The position numbers were made by a program, and so were the translations under genes. The notes beneath the pieces were generated by a model. It worked only from the letters and a program-made list of their open reading frames with translations, was not told where the DNA came from and ran no database searches. Positions 47,762 to 58,521 of a DNA stretch of 64,000 bases are shown piece after piece. The DNA is taken from assembly GCA_016195025.1 (NCBI GenBank), contig JACQAL010000042.1:16925-80924 (forward strand), written 5' to 3'. This stretch comes from Bacteroidota bacterium (GTDB lineage: Bacteria > Bacteroidota > Bacteroidia > Palsa-948). The number at the start of each line of letters is the position of its first letter. Position 1 is the stretch's first letter.

Positions 47762-47841
47762 GGCACGCTGAATAATTTTTTAGATACCGACAAAGCATCG
47801 GCTCCGTTCTGGGGATTTATTGCAATGTTAGTTGCAATAGA
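47762..47841. repeat. direct repeat 2 (~80 bp): displaced original 3' end of the Wzy_C gene
   Basis: Retains an in-frame ..GTLNNFLDTDKASAPFWGFIAMLVAIDVSEKKNSY* reading. Confidence 0.9.
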
Positions 47842-47886
47842 TGTGAGTGAAAAGAAAAACTCTTACTGAAATTTCCTGCTCTCAAT

Positions 47887-48957
47887 TTATTTTTTCTTCT
47901 GCGGCTTATCGCATTTTTCGGCATAGTCCATTGCTTCGGGATAACTGAGTTGTGTTGCCTTGTGAAAATCTTTGCAGGCGCCTACCTGGTCGCCCATGGC
48001 GCTGCGCAGCAATCCGCTCTTGAACCAGGCAAGTCCGCTAAGAGGATCCCAGCGCTCCACCTGCTGGTAATCGTAAATGGCGGATTGGTTTTTATCCATG
48101 CCTTCGCAGGCATACGCGCGGTATAAATAAGCAGGAGCAAAGTGGTCATTCAGTTCAACTGCTTTTGATAAATCATCAAATGCTTCCTGCCATTTTCCTT
48201 TGGTGTAATTCACCACGCCCCGTCCGTACCACGCATGAAAACTTTTCGGGCTGAGTGAAATGGCTTTTTCAAAATCAGCCATGGCGAGTTCGGTTTTTCC
48301 AAGACCGAGATACGCCCGTCCGCGCATGCCCAGGTAATTCGCGCTGTCAGGACAGAGTTTGATTGCCTTCTGCATGAGGTCGAGCACCGGCTGGTATTCG
48401 TTGAAATTTATTTTTGAAGATGCTTCGTGGTAAGCCGCCACCGCTTCCTTCCAGCAGAATTTTTCTTCGAACAGTTCTTTCGCCACCGAGTCCTTTAAAC
48501 TTGCCGCCATTCCCAAATCAATGCAGCCGTCATCGCGCTTGCCGGTGGTCCATAAAAGTTTTCCGCGCTGAAAATACGCAGCGCCCAGTTTGGGATTTAT
48601 TTTTATGGCGGTGTTGAAATTATTCATGGCATCGGTGTTTTTTCCGGTAACGGAATAGGAATAGCCGCGCAGGTAATACGGCATGGCGAGATTTATATCT
48701 ACCGGTGGCGGTTCCATTCCTTTTTCTGCGCGTTCGAACGCAGGAATTTTTTCATAGTCGCTCAACTGCTGCAAATATTTCTGCACATCGGCATCGTGCT
48801 GTTTAATGATGGAAGTGAAAGCGGCAATGGCTTCGGAATGGCTTCCGGCTTTTTGTTTCGTCTTTGCGTTCTCCAGCGCATCATCGCCTTGCGCGGAAGA
48901 ATAAAAAGGCAGAGAGAAAAATGCGAAGAGCAGGAGAGAGGAGAATAGTTGTTTCAT
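47887..48957 (-). CDS. tetratricopeptide-repeat protein, secreted
   Basis: Signal peptide MKQLFSSLLLFAFFSLPFYSSAQ, then multiple TPR-like W/Y..A....G.A...(F/Y)..A repeats. Confidence 0.75.
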   Translation of the reverse strand: MKQLFSSLLLFAFFSLPFYSSAQGDDALENAKTKQKAGSHSEAIAAFTSIIKQHDADVQKYLQQLSDYEKIPAFERAEKGMEPPPVDINLAMPYYLRGYSYSVTGKNTDAMNNFNTAIKINPKLGAAYFQRGKLLWTTGKRDDGCIDLGMAASLKDSVAKELFEEKFCWKEAVAAYHEASSKINFNEYQPVLDLMQKAIKLCPDSANYLGMRGRAYLGLGKTELAMADFEKAISLSPKSFHAWYGRGVVNYTKGKWQEAFDDLSKAVELNDHFAPAYLYRAYACEGMDKNQSAIYDYQQVERWDPLSGLAWFKSGLLRSAMGDQVGACKDFHKATQLSYPEAMDYAEKCDKPQKKK

Positions 48958-49177
48958 AGAATAATTTTTAGTGGTGGCGTGCCGGGAACGAAGCAAAACT
49001 AAAAAAAGGATAGAAAGAACAAGAAAAGAAAAATGAACAACAATACTCTCCCCTTAATCCCCTCTCTTTTTAAAAGAGAGGGGAAAGCTAAGCAGGGGTG
49101 AGTTCTTCATTCAAATAAATTATATAGTTGAACGTTTAATCGGTAAATTTGCTTTCCCTAAATCCTCGAAAAACGAA

Positions 49178-51262
49178 ATGGTACGAACAATACGAAATGC
49201 AAAAAATAAATTTGACATTCGACACTCGACATTCGTAATTTGCTTTGCCATCTTACATTTTACATCTTACATCTGCCATGCTCAAATGCCTTCGCCAGAT
49301 GTAAAGTGCATTGCCGTTCAGCCGAACGGGGATGTGCTGGTAACATGGGCGGCTGCTTCTCCGTGCACAAACTTTATTTCTTATCATGTGGATACTTCTT
49401 CCAATCCTGCCGTGATTCCTTTTACAAATTATGTTACTGTTGGACCTTGCATTGCAACCACTGCGCTTCATGCGGGAGCGAACGCGGACAAGAAGCGAAT
49501 GTATTACACGGTGGAAACAGAATCCTCAAGCATCTCCGCGCCTAAAGATACCTTCTCCACCATTTTTCTTACGGTGAGCGCGGTAACCGGCAACGCCAAC
49601 CTGAACTGGAATAAAATTTCCAATCATCCCATTCCCACTTCCAGCGGATGGTATAAAATTTACCGCGAGTATCCGGCAGGAAACTGGAAACTGCGCGACA
49701 GCATCTTGAATACTAATTCTTACATTGATTTAACCGATGTATGCAACAAAAATCATTCACTCATCAACTACCGAATTGAGATTTTCGATAACACCGGCTG
49801 TACTTCCGTTTCAAACGTGGCGGGCGATACGGCATTTTATGACAACACTCCGCCTGTAACAAAACCCATTGACACGGTGAGCGTGAATGCCGCGGGGCTT
49901 GCCACCGTCAGTTGGTTTCCTTCGCCTTCGCCCGATGCGGACTCGGTGATTATTTATTATGGCGGTTCAACCTGCACGGGATGGACTCCCATTGCAGTTG
50001 TTCCGGTGCCGCAAACTTTTTATACCTATACTCTTTCCAACGCAGCCAATGTTTCGGAGTGTTATAAAGTGGCGTTTGTGGATTCGTGCGGAAATGTTTC
50101 TGCGCAAAGCATCAATCCTCATTCTACTATTTATCTCTCTGCTTCGTTCGACCCCTGCCTTGCCACCGCTTCGCTTGCGTGGAACAGTTATATCAACATG
50201 ATTCCGGCAGTAACGCAGTACGAAATTTTCCGCAAGACAAACGCGGGAGCATTTATAAAAATTGGCTCCACTTCTTCCACTACCTATGCTGACAACAGTA
50301 TTTCACTCGGAAACAGTTATTGCTATTTTGTGCGCGCTGCAGATGGAACAAAAACTTCTTCTTCCAACACCGTGTGCGATACGCTGAATGTTGCGCAGCC
50401 GCCTCAGTTTAATTACAACCGCTTTGCCACGGTGGTTTCTTCCACCGCCATTGACATCCGCGCGTATGTGGATACTTCGCCCGATGTTTCGTATTACCGG
50501 CTGATGCGCGCAACAGGAAGCGGAAATTTTACTGTAGTGCTGCCCTCCACTTCACCTGTGGCTCAAACTATTTCGTGGCAGGATAATTCGGTGAAGGCAA
50601 ATGATAATTCTTATTCGTATAAATGGGAAGCCATGAACTCCTGCAACCAGGTGGTGCTTTCGTCCGATACGGCAACCACCCTACTTCTTGCGGCAGCTAT
50701 TTCTCCTTCGGTGAATGTTACGCTTGCGTGGAACGATTACAGCGCGTGGTCGGGCAAGGTGGACCATTATGATATTTACCGCGCAGTGGATGGCGTGTGG
50801 AATCCGTCACCCATCGGCTCGGTGAATTTTTCGGGAAGCGGTGGAGCGTATATGGATGATGTGGCGCCTTTCCTCAGCAGCAAGGGCGCGTTTTCGTATT
50901 ACGTGGTGGCGCGCGAAGGAAACGGAAACAAATACGGTTTCAAGGATACGAGCGCATCGAACATTGCAAAGGTATTTGAGTTTCCGAAGTTTTATATTCC
51001 CAACACATTCACTCCGAACGGAGATACTAAGAACGATGTGTTTCTTCCCGTCATAGGATTTATTGAACCGGAAGATTACACCTTCACCGTTTTTGACAAC
51101 ACCGGCACGCCTGTGTTCAGCACAAACAATCCTGCCGAAGGATGGGACGGGAAAAAGAAAGGGCATCCGTGCATGGAAGGAGTGTACATGTATCTCATCC
51201 TCTGCAAAGCATCCAATGGGGATGATTCAAAAATTGCGGGAACCATTACGCTGGTGCGGTAA
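49178..51262 (+). CDS. FN3/Ig-like surface protein with gliding-motility-associated (T9SS type B) C-terminal domain
   Basis: C-terminal ..FYIPNTFTPNGDTKNDVF....FTVFDNTG..VF....GWDG....G.Y.Y... Signal peptide. Confidence 0.7.
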   Translation: MVRTIRNAKNKFDIRHSTFVICFAILHFTSYICHAQMPSPDVKCIAVQPNGDVLVTWAAASPCTNFISYHVDTSSNPAVIPFTNYVTVGPCIATTALHAGANADKKRMYYTVETESSSISAPKDTFSTIFLTVSAVTGNANLNWNKISNHPIPTSSGWYKIYREYPAGNWKLRDSILNTNSYIDLTDVCNKNHSLINYRIEIFDNTGCTSVSNVAGDTAFYDNTPPVTKPIDTVSVNAAGLATVSWFPSPSPDADSVIIYYGGSTCTGWTPIAVVPVPQTFYTYTLSNAANVSECYKVAFVDSCGNVSAQSINPHSTIYLSASFDPCLATASLAWNSYINMIPAVTQYEIFRKTNAGAFIKIGSTSSTTYADNSISLGNSYCYFVRAADGTKTSSSNTVCDTLNVAQPPQFNYNRFATVVSSTAIDIRAYVDTSPDVSYYRLMRATGSGNFTVVLPSTSPVAQTISWQDNSVKANDNSYSYKWEAMNSCNQVVLSSDTATTLLLAAAISPSVNVTLAWNDYSAWSGKVDHYDIYRAVDGVWNPSPIGSVNFSGSGGAYMDDVAPFLSSKGAFSYYVVAREGNGNKYGFKDTSASNIAKVFEFPKFYIPNTFTPNGDTKNDVFLPVIGFIEPEDYTFTVFDNTGTPVFSTNNPAEGWDGKKKGHPCMEGVYMYLILCKASNGDDSKIAGTITLVR

Positions 51263-51337
51263 CCCCTGAAATGGAATGTTGGAATGCTGGGGTGTTTCCA
51301 AATATTCCATTCTTCCAATCTTCCATCATTCCTTCTC

Positions 51338-53182
51338 TTATATAACCACCTTGCACACTTTCTGAAACCGCGCATTTCCAATTCGTACAAAGTAAGTTCC
51401 TTTGGCAAGCGCTTCCACATTTATTTTATGCTCCAGCCGGTTGGAAACAGGCGTGAGCCATTTGCCGAAAAGTTCCTTGCCGTTTATGTCGAAGAGATTT
51501 ATTACCACCGGTTCGGCAGAAGTCAGCCCCGTTGCCAGCACGTTCAACTGGTTATCGGAGCAGAATGCCGTTAACTCCGCTTGATTTTTCGGAACGTCTG
51601 CCGCAGCGTTGTTTAAGGTGGAAGTAAGTTGGTAAGAAAATATTCTCACGTTGGCGGTGTTGCCCGAAGGGTCAATAATATATTGGTTGGTGTGCCAGAA
51701 AGTAATTCCATCGGGGTCGAGCGTGGATTCGCAAATATCTCCCCACTGCTGGCTGAAGGAGTGAGTTCCTGTCATGGCGGTTTGCTCGGCAAAGGTCATG
51801 GTGTTGAGCGGGTCGCTTGCCAGCCGCCCCGTATAGCGGATGCCGGGATAAAGAGAGGAGGAGTTAGTAACGTTATAGGCAATGGAAATATCGCCATTCA
51901 AATCCATGCAGATGCTGCTGTTCCACCGGCTGATTCCGTCACTGGGTCCAAAGGTGCTTTGCTGATAGATGCTCCACACTTTGGTAGTATCATTCTGCCG
52001 CAGTTCATACCAGCGCACGCCTGCAATCATGCCGCCCAGATTTACCGTGTTGCACAGCACCACCGAGTTGTATCCCGTAAAGCGCAGGTAAGGAGCCCTG
52101 AACTGAAACGGACCTTCGAGCGACCATACCTGCTGCCCGCCCGGTTCGGCAATGTTTCCTCCGAAAGAATAGCCGGCAAAATATCCGTTGTAGGCAGCCG
52201 TGGCGAGCGAATCAACAAAAGTGATTGCGCAGGTTTTATTCAGCGTGTCAGTAACGAGTTTATAAATCATAATGCTGTTGGAGGCATCTCCCATGTTCAC
52301 GTTGGTATAATACATAAGGTAGGCGGGTGTGCCATAGGGAGGCAGCGCCCCATCGCAGGTGAGTATTTTTGGCGAGCCCGGCAGCTGGCTGTTCTTGTTG
52401 CAGATTTTATAGGGAAAAGCACCGTTCGGAAATTTTGCAATGATGATTCCCGCGTTCGGGTCGCCCATCAGCATACGGTTCCGCTCGAGAACGGAAATTC
52501 CCACCGTGTCATTATTAATATCCCGGTAGGTTGCATAATATCCGTCTGTCCACACCGAATATTTCGGGAAGTCGGGCATCACAGGGTATGCAAACGTGTA
52601 CACATAGTAGGAGCCGGTCGGGTCGCCCGAAGTGGATACGGCAATGGATAAATTATTATAGTTGTAGGTAACATCCGTTACCACCCAGCGGTCGGCAAAT
52701 TTATCGTACATCACAATGGGGTCATCGGAGCATCCTCCCCCCAGCACCGACATATCAGTTGCAAGAAGCAGGTTTCCTGTTTTATCGTAGATGTTATAGT
52801 TGCAAAGGTTCACGCCCTGCACGTAATGATTGGGACCAGCCGCTCCGTTTGCATCGGGGCGGTATGCCCAGTTGCCTCCTTCAAAATTCACTAAGGGAGT
52901 GTCTAACGTAAGTGTGCCCGGATTTTGCTGTACGCACGGGTCGGGCGGATAGGAATTCTTCGGCACGAAACCGGAAGCGGGATGCGCCTGCCGTATGTCG
53001 CCTATGTCTTCTTTATACGAACTGGTTTTCATTTCCGCATTTGCCAGTTCGCGCAGCGGCTTGGTGATATGAAAACTGGTGCACTTCAGATAAGTTGATG
53101 AAGAAATTTTTTTTGCCGGTTGCGCAAAAGTTGCGCCTGCTGTGGCGAGCAGGAATAAAAAGAGAGCAATGTTTTTTTTCAT
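51338..53182 (-). CDS. secreted protein with T9SS type A C-terminal sorting domain
   Basis: Signal peptide MKKNIALFLFLLATAGATFAQ. C-terminal ..INLFDINGKEL....EALAKGTYFVRI...F.K.V. Confidence 0.7.
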   Translation of the reverse strand: MKKNIALFLFLLATAGATFAQPAKKISSSTYLKCTSFHITKPLRELANAEMKTSSYKEDIGDIRQAHPASGFVPKNSYPPDPCVQQNPGTLTLDTPLVNFEGGNWAYRPDANGAAGPNHYVQGVNLCNYNIYDKTGNLLLATDMSVLGGGCSDDPIVMYDKFADRWVVTDVTYNYNNLSIAVSTSGDPTGSYYVYTFAYPVMPDFPKYSVWTDGYYATYRDINNDTVGISVLERNRMLMGDPNAGIIIAKFPNGAFPYKICNKNSQLPGSPKILTCDGALPPYGTPAYLMYYTNVNMGDASNSIMIYKLVTDTLNKTCAITFVDSLATAAYNGYFAGYSFGGNIAEPGGQQVWSLEGPFQFRAPYLRFTGYNSVVLCNTVNLGGMIAGVRWYELRQNDTTKVWSIYQQSTFGPSDGISRWNSSICMDLNGDISIAYNVTNSSSLYPGIRYTGRLASDPLNTMTFAEQTAMTGTHSFSQQWGDICESTLDPDGITFWHTNQYIIDPSGNTANVRIFSYQLTSTLNNAAADVPKNQAELTAFCSDNQLNVLATGLTSAEPVVINLFDINGKELFGKWLTPVSNRLEHKINVEALAKGTYFVRIGNARFQKVCKVVI

Positions 53183-53773
53183 AGTGAATTTAGTTTTGCA
53201 AAGGTGTTTGAGCGAACAGAAAGATTTACCAAAGGTAACAGAGAATCTGAAATTCGCAAGCGCAGAGCAAAAAAACTTTCTCCCCCCTTAAAACATCAAT
53301 CCCGCCTTACGGGGCGGGATTGATGCTCTTTTTTCATAACTCTATTTCTTCTACATGAAAAAACAGATAAGGTAAAGGTAGAAACGAAAATCCATTTGTC
53401 AAGCAAAAGCGGAAGTTTTTTTATTAACCAATCATCACAATCTTAACCGTGCTGCTCCAGGGTCCTGCCAGTTAACGCGGTAATCTGCCATATCTCTTGT
53501 TCTCTTGATTAAAAAGCAAGAGTACCACAGTTCGCCCGTGCTGGAAATAGTAGATTTACTATATGGATTTGTTTCGGGGATAAATTGCATATTATTTTGA
53601 ACGGGCAAGAATATTTTAAAATAGTTTTGCTTATTTCTGCGCAAATACATACTTTTATCAAAAATAGTTGCAACCTTTAGAGGAGTTTATTCGTCTTAGT
53701 GTTTAAAGTAATGTTCATTTATCGCCATAAACATTAATATTTATTTTAGTAATATGCATTAAATCCTTTTTAC

Positions 53774-56700
53774 TTGAAAAATATTTTTGTAGTTGCCGCA
53801 ATTATTTTTTCTTCTTTTTGCCTGAAAGCGCAATCATTTTGGGCGCAGGGAACAGGAGGCAATGATGTGGATGAAACAATGGATATATGTTCAGATAATT
53901 CAGGCAATATTATTTCGGCAGGATATTTTACAAACACCGCGGCTTTTGGCGCTTCCATTAATCTCACTTCTGCATCGGCAGGCATTCCTGATATTTACGT
54001 TTCAAAAAGCAATTCTTCAGGTGTTATACAATGGGCTGTCAGGGCAGGGGGATATGGCTCCGACAGAGCGTTATCTGTAAAAGCTGATGCTTCGGGAAAT
54101 AGTTACATCACGGGTTTTTATTATGGCGCAGCAACTTTCGGAACCTTTACGCTTAATTCGGCAAATGGTTCACAGGATATATTTATTGCAAAATTAAATT
54201 CATCGGGAACTTTTATCTGGGCGGTGAGCGCAGGCGGCACAATGGCTGATATCGGAAATGGTATTGATGTGGATGTTAACGGCAACGTGGTTGTAACCGG
54301 ACAATTTCAGGGCACAGCCACCTTTGGAACTTCAACGCTTACCAGCATGATGAATCCTCAAACCAGTATTGCGTCCATTGATATTTTCACTGCTAAATAT
54401 AATAACAATGGAAATTTTTTATGGGTGCGGCAAGGCAAAGCAAAATATACCGACCGCGGGCTTGATGTTGCCTGCGATGCAAACGGAGATGTTATTGTAT
54501 GCGGGCAATTCAGCGATACAATTTTATTTAATCAGGTGCACTATAATCAGGTTATGAATGCGGTGTTTCTTATAAAGTACGATGCCAACGGAAATGAATT
54601 GTGGTTCCGCATGGCAAGCGGAACTTATTCCATTGCGTATTCATTGGCGGTTAACAATGTTCACGAAATTTATATGACGGGCGACTACCAGGGGAATCTT
54701 GCATTTTATGGTCCACCAAATAATTTTTTAAGCGATACGTATCCTAAATGCGTTTTCCTTGTGAAATATTCCGGCAGCGGAAGTTTTATCTGGGCTCAAT
54801 CCGAATCAAGCAATAATTATATTTCTTCGCGCGCAGTCGCACTTGATTCAAATCATGACCCTTATATTGCCGGAGAGTTCGGCTGCACGCTGAATGAGTA
54901 TGCAGATGTTTTCGGGCAGGGAACATTTAACAGCATCGGCTATCAGGATATTTTCACTGTAAAATATAATTCATCGGGACAAAGGCAATGGATGCGTAAC
55001 TTCGGTGGTCCCGGAAATGACAAGGCGCATGGTATTCTTGCAATCACTGTTGATAACCCTGTTATAGCCGGCAGTTATGAAAAAAAAATAATATGGGCAA
55101 CAGATTATGTAGGTATTACAACAAATAATGTTCTTTATTATATCGGCAGCGGCAACAGTTCCTATTGTTCGGACCCTTCGTATGGAAATTTCAGTGGAAT
55201 AACTTGCAAGGGCTTCAGCGATGGATTTATTGCGCAGGCAGTAGATATTACGAGACAGCCCTACGATTATTACCACCGCACGGGAACTTCATGCCTGCGG
55301 GATTTTGTTGGAGGATGCATTGACAGCATGATGACTTTTTCCTGCCCCGATACTCTTACGTTTTGTGGAAGCGGTAATTTATATGCTAACACGTATACTG
55401 GCTCAGGTCTTACGTATTCAGTCGGGCCTGACTATCATTTTCAATGGTCGTCTTCTCCTTTTGATACTTTATACAATGATAAAATTACAGCGACAAATTA
55501 TTATTCAGTAAAGATGACAACTGTTGACGGCTGTTATACTTCGGAAGATACCATTTACGCAATTGTTCATCCAATTCCGCAACCACCTACAATTACAGAT
55601 GACCACGGAATAAATAACCAGCACCCGCAATGCGCATTGCCGATTGCCGCCTGCCAGCCCGATACAGTATTACTTACAGGGGGAAATATTAATGGAAATT
55701 CTATCAGTTGGTATCAGGGCGGCAGTTGTTATCCGAACACTGTCTACAGCGCCTGTTATCTCGGAGGAACATTTCTCACAGGCAGTGATTCTCTTTATGT
55801 TAATTCATCTGGCTATTATAATTTTGTTGTTACAGATAAATACGGATGTCAAAACAGCAATTGCGTTCAGGTTCAACTGGACTCATTGCTCCCTCCTTTA
55901 GTTCCTATAAGTAAAATTCCTGATACGCTCGTTGCCTGCTATGGAAGCCAGGTTCTGCTGAATGTGATTGACAGCATAACCGGAGTGTCCGGACCTTTCT
56001 TTTCTTTTATGAACTCATGGTCTGCAAATCCATCCCTGTCAATAGGACCCTCTTATCCGCCTTATTATCTTTCCGGAGTATTCATTGCGCAAACATCAGG
56101 CACCTACATTGTGAATGAAAATATTGTTTACATCAATAAATGCGACACTCAATATTATTCAGTACAGGATACTTTTTATCTTCTTGTCAACCCCGTGCCA
56201 ACCATTGCGGTCAGCATAACAGGTCCCAGTTTTCTTTGCCAGGGCGATACCATTATTCTTCACATCACTTACACTCCCTCCACTAATGTAAATACAGTAG
56301 TAATAACAAATCCGGCTATTGATTCAATTATTGTAACACAGGCAGGAAATTTTTCTGCATCCGCTACTATCACGGATACGATTGGCGGATGCAGCAGTTA
56401 CGGATACGACTGGCATCCGGTACAGATATATCCTAATCCGGTTCTTTATACAATTCCTTATTCCGGATTAATTTGTCCGAATGATTCTGTGCAGATAATT
56501 TGCAATACTGCCGGAACGAATTATCAATGGATTGGTCCTAACGGAATCCTTCCATTCAATACGCAATCCATTTATCAGAGCATACCGGGGTTCTATCATT
56601 GTGTTGTAACAAATACAGTTGGATGCGTGCTTACATCTAACACAATAGAATTAAAACAATATAACACTCCTTATCTGCTTCCTTCCCCTTCGAGTATTGT

Positions 56701-58063
56701 TTGCATGGGGCAGAGCGTTATCTTGCAGGTCATCACAAATGATTCAACGCTGATACAATGGAATCCCCCGTTGAGCGGAAGCGGTACGCAACAGGTAGTA
56801 ACGCAAAGCGGAGTTTATTCCTGCTATGTTACTATGTGCGGCATCACAACGCTGTGTTCAATGACTGTAGTCGTTTCGCAGGCGGTTGCGCAAATTACCG
56901 CACCGGCAATTATTTGCCCTGGCGATTCTGCTCTGCTGGTGGCAAACAGTGGAATGGCAGGATACCAATGGACGCCAATCAATTCGTACAATGACAGTGT
57001 TTATGTTCCTGCCGGAACTTATTTTCTCACAACAACCGATGCAAACGGCTGCACAGCGAGCACGTCTGTAACAATTGCATTAGATACTTCCGTAACAAAA
57101 CCTTCAGCAAATGACACAACTGTGTGCGCAGGAACTTCAGCAACATTATTTGCAACAGGTACCGGGCAGATTGAATGGTATTCTTCTGCAACTTCCACTA
57201 TTCCTATTTATACAGGAAATCCGTTTACAACCCCATCCATCAATACTCAAACTACTTATTATGTTGCAACTTCCAATTCTACCGGCTGCCATAGTTTGCG
57301 TGATTCAGTAACAGTATTTATCAATACGACAGGACCTTCTGTAACTTCAGGAAGCAACAGCCCGATATGCGCAGGCGATACGCTTGCATTAACAGCAAGT
57401 GCGGCAAGCGCATTAAATTACAATTGGTCCGGTCCCAATGGATTTTCATCTTCATTACAAAACTCTTTCATATTTCCTGCCGACACATTAAATTCGGGAA
57501 TGTATGTTGTTTCAGCAGTTTCAAATGGTTGTTTCGGTTCTCCTTCTTATGTAACTATTATTGTCTATCCTTTACCCGTGCTTTCTCTTGGACCCGATAC
57601 AATATTATGCAGCAATCAGGTTCCATTACTGCTGCAACCTTCAGGAAATTATTATTCTTATCTGTGGAGCAATAACACGACAAATAATTCTATTCTGGTC
57701 TCTGCAAGCGGAGTATATTCTCTTTTGGTATCTGATGCAAATGGATGCCGTATTGCGGATTCAATAAAGGTTGGTGTGATTGATTGCGACCCAAAACCTG
57801 TTAATGTATTTTCTCCGAATGGAGATGGCGTGAATGACCGGTTCACTTTTGCAGGCAGAGGTTTTGAGAAAATACATTGTGAAATTTTTGATCGTTACGG
57901 AAGAATGATTTATTCATGGGATACTCCAGACGGAAGTTGGGACGGAACAGATAAGAATACAAAACGACCTGTGTCTGATGGCACATATTACTATGTAGCC
58001 AACGTTATTGCAAATGATGGAAATAAAATTGTGTTAACAGGTTTTGTAGAGTTGATTAGATAA
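53774..58063 (+). CDS. giant SBBP-repeat / Ig-like-domain surface protein with gliding-motility-associated (T9SS type B) C-terminal domain
   Basis: 1429 aa. N-terminal beta-propeller (SBBP-like) repeats (..GG.G.D.G..I..D..GN.Y.TG.F....F), multiple Ig-like modules, C-terminal ..VFSPNGDGVNDRF....EIFDRYG....GWDG.. Apparent TTG start with a good signal peptide. Confidence 0.8.
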   Translation: MKNIFVVAAIIFSSFCLKAQSFWAQGTGGNDVDETMDICSDNSGNIISAGYFTNTAAFGASINLTSASAGIPDIYVSKSNSSGVIQWAVRAGGYGSDRALSVKADASGNSYITGFYYGAATFGTFTLNSANGSQDIFIAKLNSSGTFIWAVSAGGTMADIGNGIDVDVNGNVVVTGQFQGTATFGTSTLTSMMNPQTSIASIDIFTAKYNNNGNFLWVRQGKAKYTDRGLDVACDANGDVIVCGQFSDTILFNQVHYNQVMNAVFLIKYDANGNELWFRMASGTYSIAYSLAVNNVHEIYMTGDYQGNLAFYGPPNNFLSDTYPKCVFLVKYSGSGSFIWAQSESSNNYISSRAVALDSNHDPYIAGEFGCTLNEYADVFGQGTFNSIGYQDIFTVKYNSSGQRQWMRNFGGPGNDKAHGILAITVDNPVIAGSYEKKIIWATDYVGITTNNVLYYIGSGNSSYCSDPSYGNFSGITCKGFSDGFIAQAVDITRQPYDYYHRTGTSCLRDFVGGCIDSMMTFSCPDTLTFCGSGNLYANTYTGSGLTYSVGPDYHFQWSSSPFDTLYNDKITATNYYSVKMTTVDGCYTSEDTIYAIVHPIPQPPTITDDHGINNQHPQCALPIAACQPDTVLLTGGNINGNSISWYQGGSCYPNTVYSACYLGGTFLTGSDSLYVNSSGYYNFVVTDKYGCQNSNCVQVQLDSLLPPLVPISKIPDTLVACYGSQVLLNVIDSITGVSGPFFSFMNSWSANPSLSIGPSYPPYYLSGVFIAQTSGTYIVNENIVYINKCDTQYYSVQDTFYLLVNPVPTIAVSITGPSFLCQGDTIILHITYTPSTNVNTVVITNPAIDSIIVTQAGNFSASATITDTIGGCSSYGYDWHPVQIYPNPVLYTIPYSGLICPNDSVQIICNTAGTNYQWIGPNGILPFNTQSIYQSIPGFYHCVVTNTVGCVLTSNTIELKQYNTPYLLPSPSSIVCMGQSVILQVITNDSTLIQWNPPLSGSGTQQVVTQSGVYSCYVTMCGITTLCSMTVVVSQAVAQITAPAIICPGDSALLVANSGMAGYQWTPINSYNDSVYVPAGTYFLTTTDANGCTASTSVTIALDTSVTKPSANDTTVCAGTSATLFATGTGQIEWYSSATSTIPIYTGNPFTTPSINTQTTYYVATSNSTGCHSLRDSVTVFINTTGPSVTSGSNSPICAGDTLALTASAASALNYNWSGPNGFSSSLQNSFIFPADTLNSGMYVVSAVSNGCFGSPSYVTIIVYPLPVLSLGPDTILCSNQVPLLLQPSGNYYSYLWSNNTTNNSILVSASGVYSLLVSDANGCRIADSIKVGVIDCDPKPVNVFSPNGDGVNDRFTFAGRGFEKIHCEIFDRYGRMIYSWDTPDGSWDGTDKNTKRPVSDGTYYYVANVIANDGNKIVLTGFVELIR

Positions 58064-58126
58064 TGAGTGAAAGTATACGCTCCGCAGTAAAACACTTCCC
58101 CCAACTTTCTTACCTTAGCAAAAAAT

Positions 58127-58521
58127 CACCGCATGAAAAAGAAATTACTGTTTGGTATTATTATCACATCTCATATCTCGCATCTCACTTCCGCATTTTC
58201 CCAATCCATCAAAACCGATTACGGAGTGTATCGCCACCACCGCCTCCGCCTTTGCCCGCTGCGGGCGGCACTTTAACCGACCCCACGTTCGGCACCGCTC
58301 TTTTGCGCGTAACCGATGCCAATGACGGAGCGCAGAATTATCATTCCTATTCCTACTGACCCTGCCTGAATAAAAACTCTTCCTTATTATATGTTTCGAG
58401 CGCGGGGGGCACTCCAACGCTCTATGATTTTGACACTGCCGCGGTTTCCATTGCAAACAAGCGCGCCCTATTTCAAAGCAACCCGCCCAGCAGCTGGGTG
58501 CCTTCTTCGGGTGCCCGATAA
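58127..58521 (+). pseudogene. fragmented (frameshifted) remnant of a secreted-protein gene
   Basis: ATG plus signal peptide (MKKKLLFGIIITSHISHLTSAFSQ) in one frame. Continuation (PPPPPPLPAAGGTLTDPTFGTALLRVTDANDGAQNYHSYSY) in a second frame after a CCACCACCGCCTCCGCC tract. A further fragment (..DFDTAAVSIANKRALFQSNPPSSWVPSSGAR) in a third frame. Confidence 0.3.

Noticed and set aside
53435-53650. 71-aa ORF in the 590-bp spacer upstream of the giant SBBP protein
   Set aside because: No RBS or promoter context, odd composition. The region looks like promoter or leader DNA.
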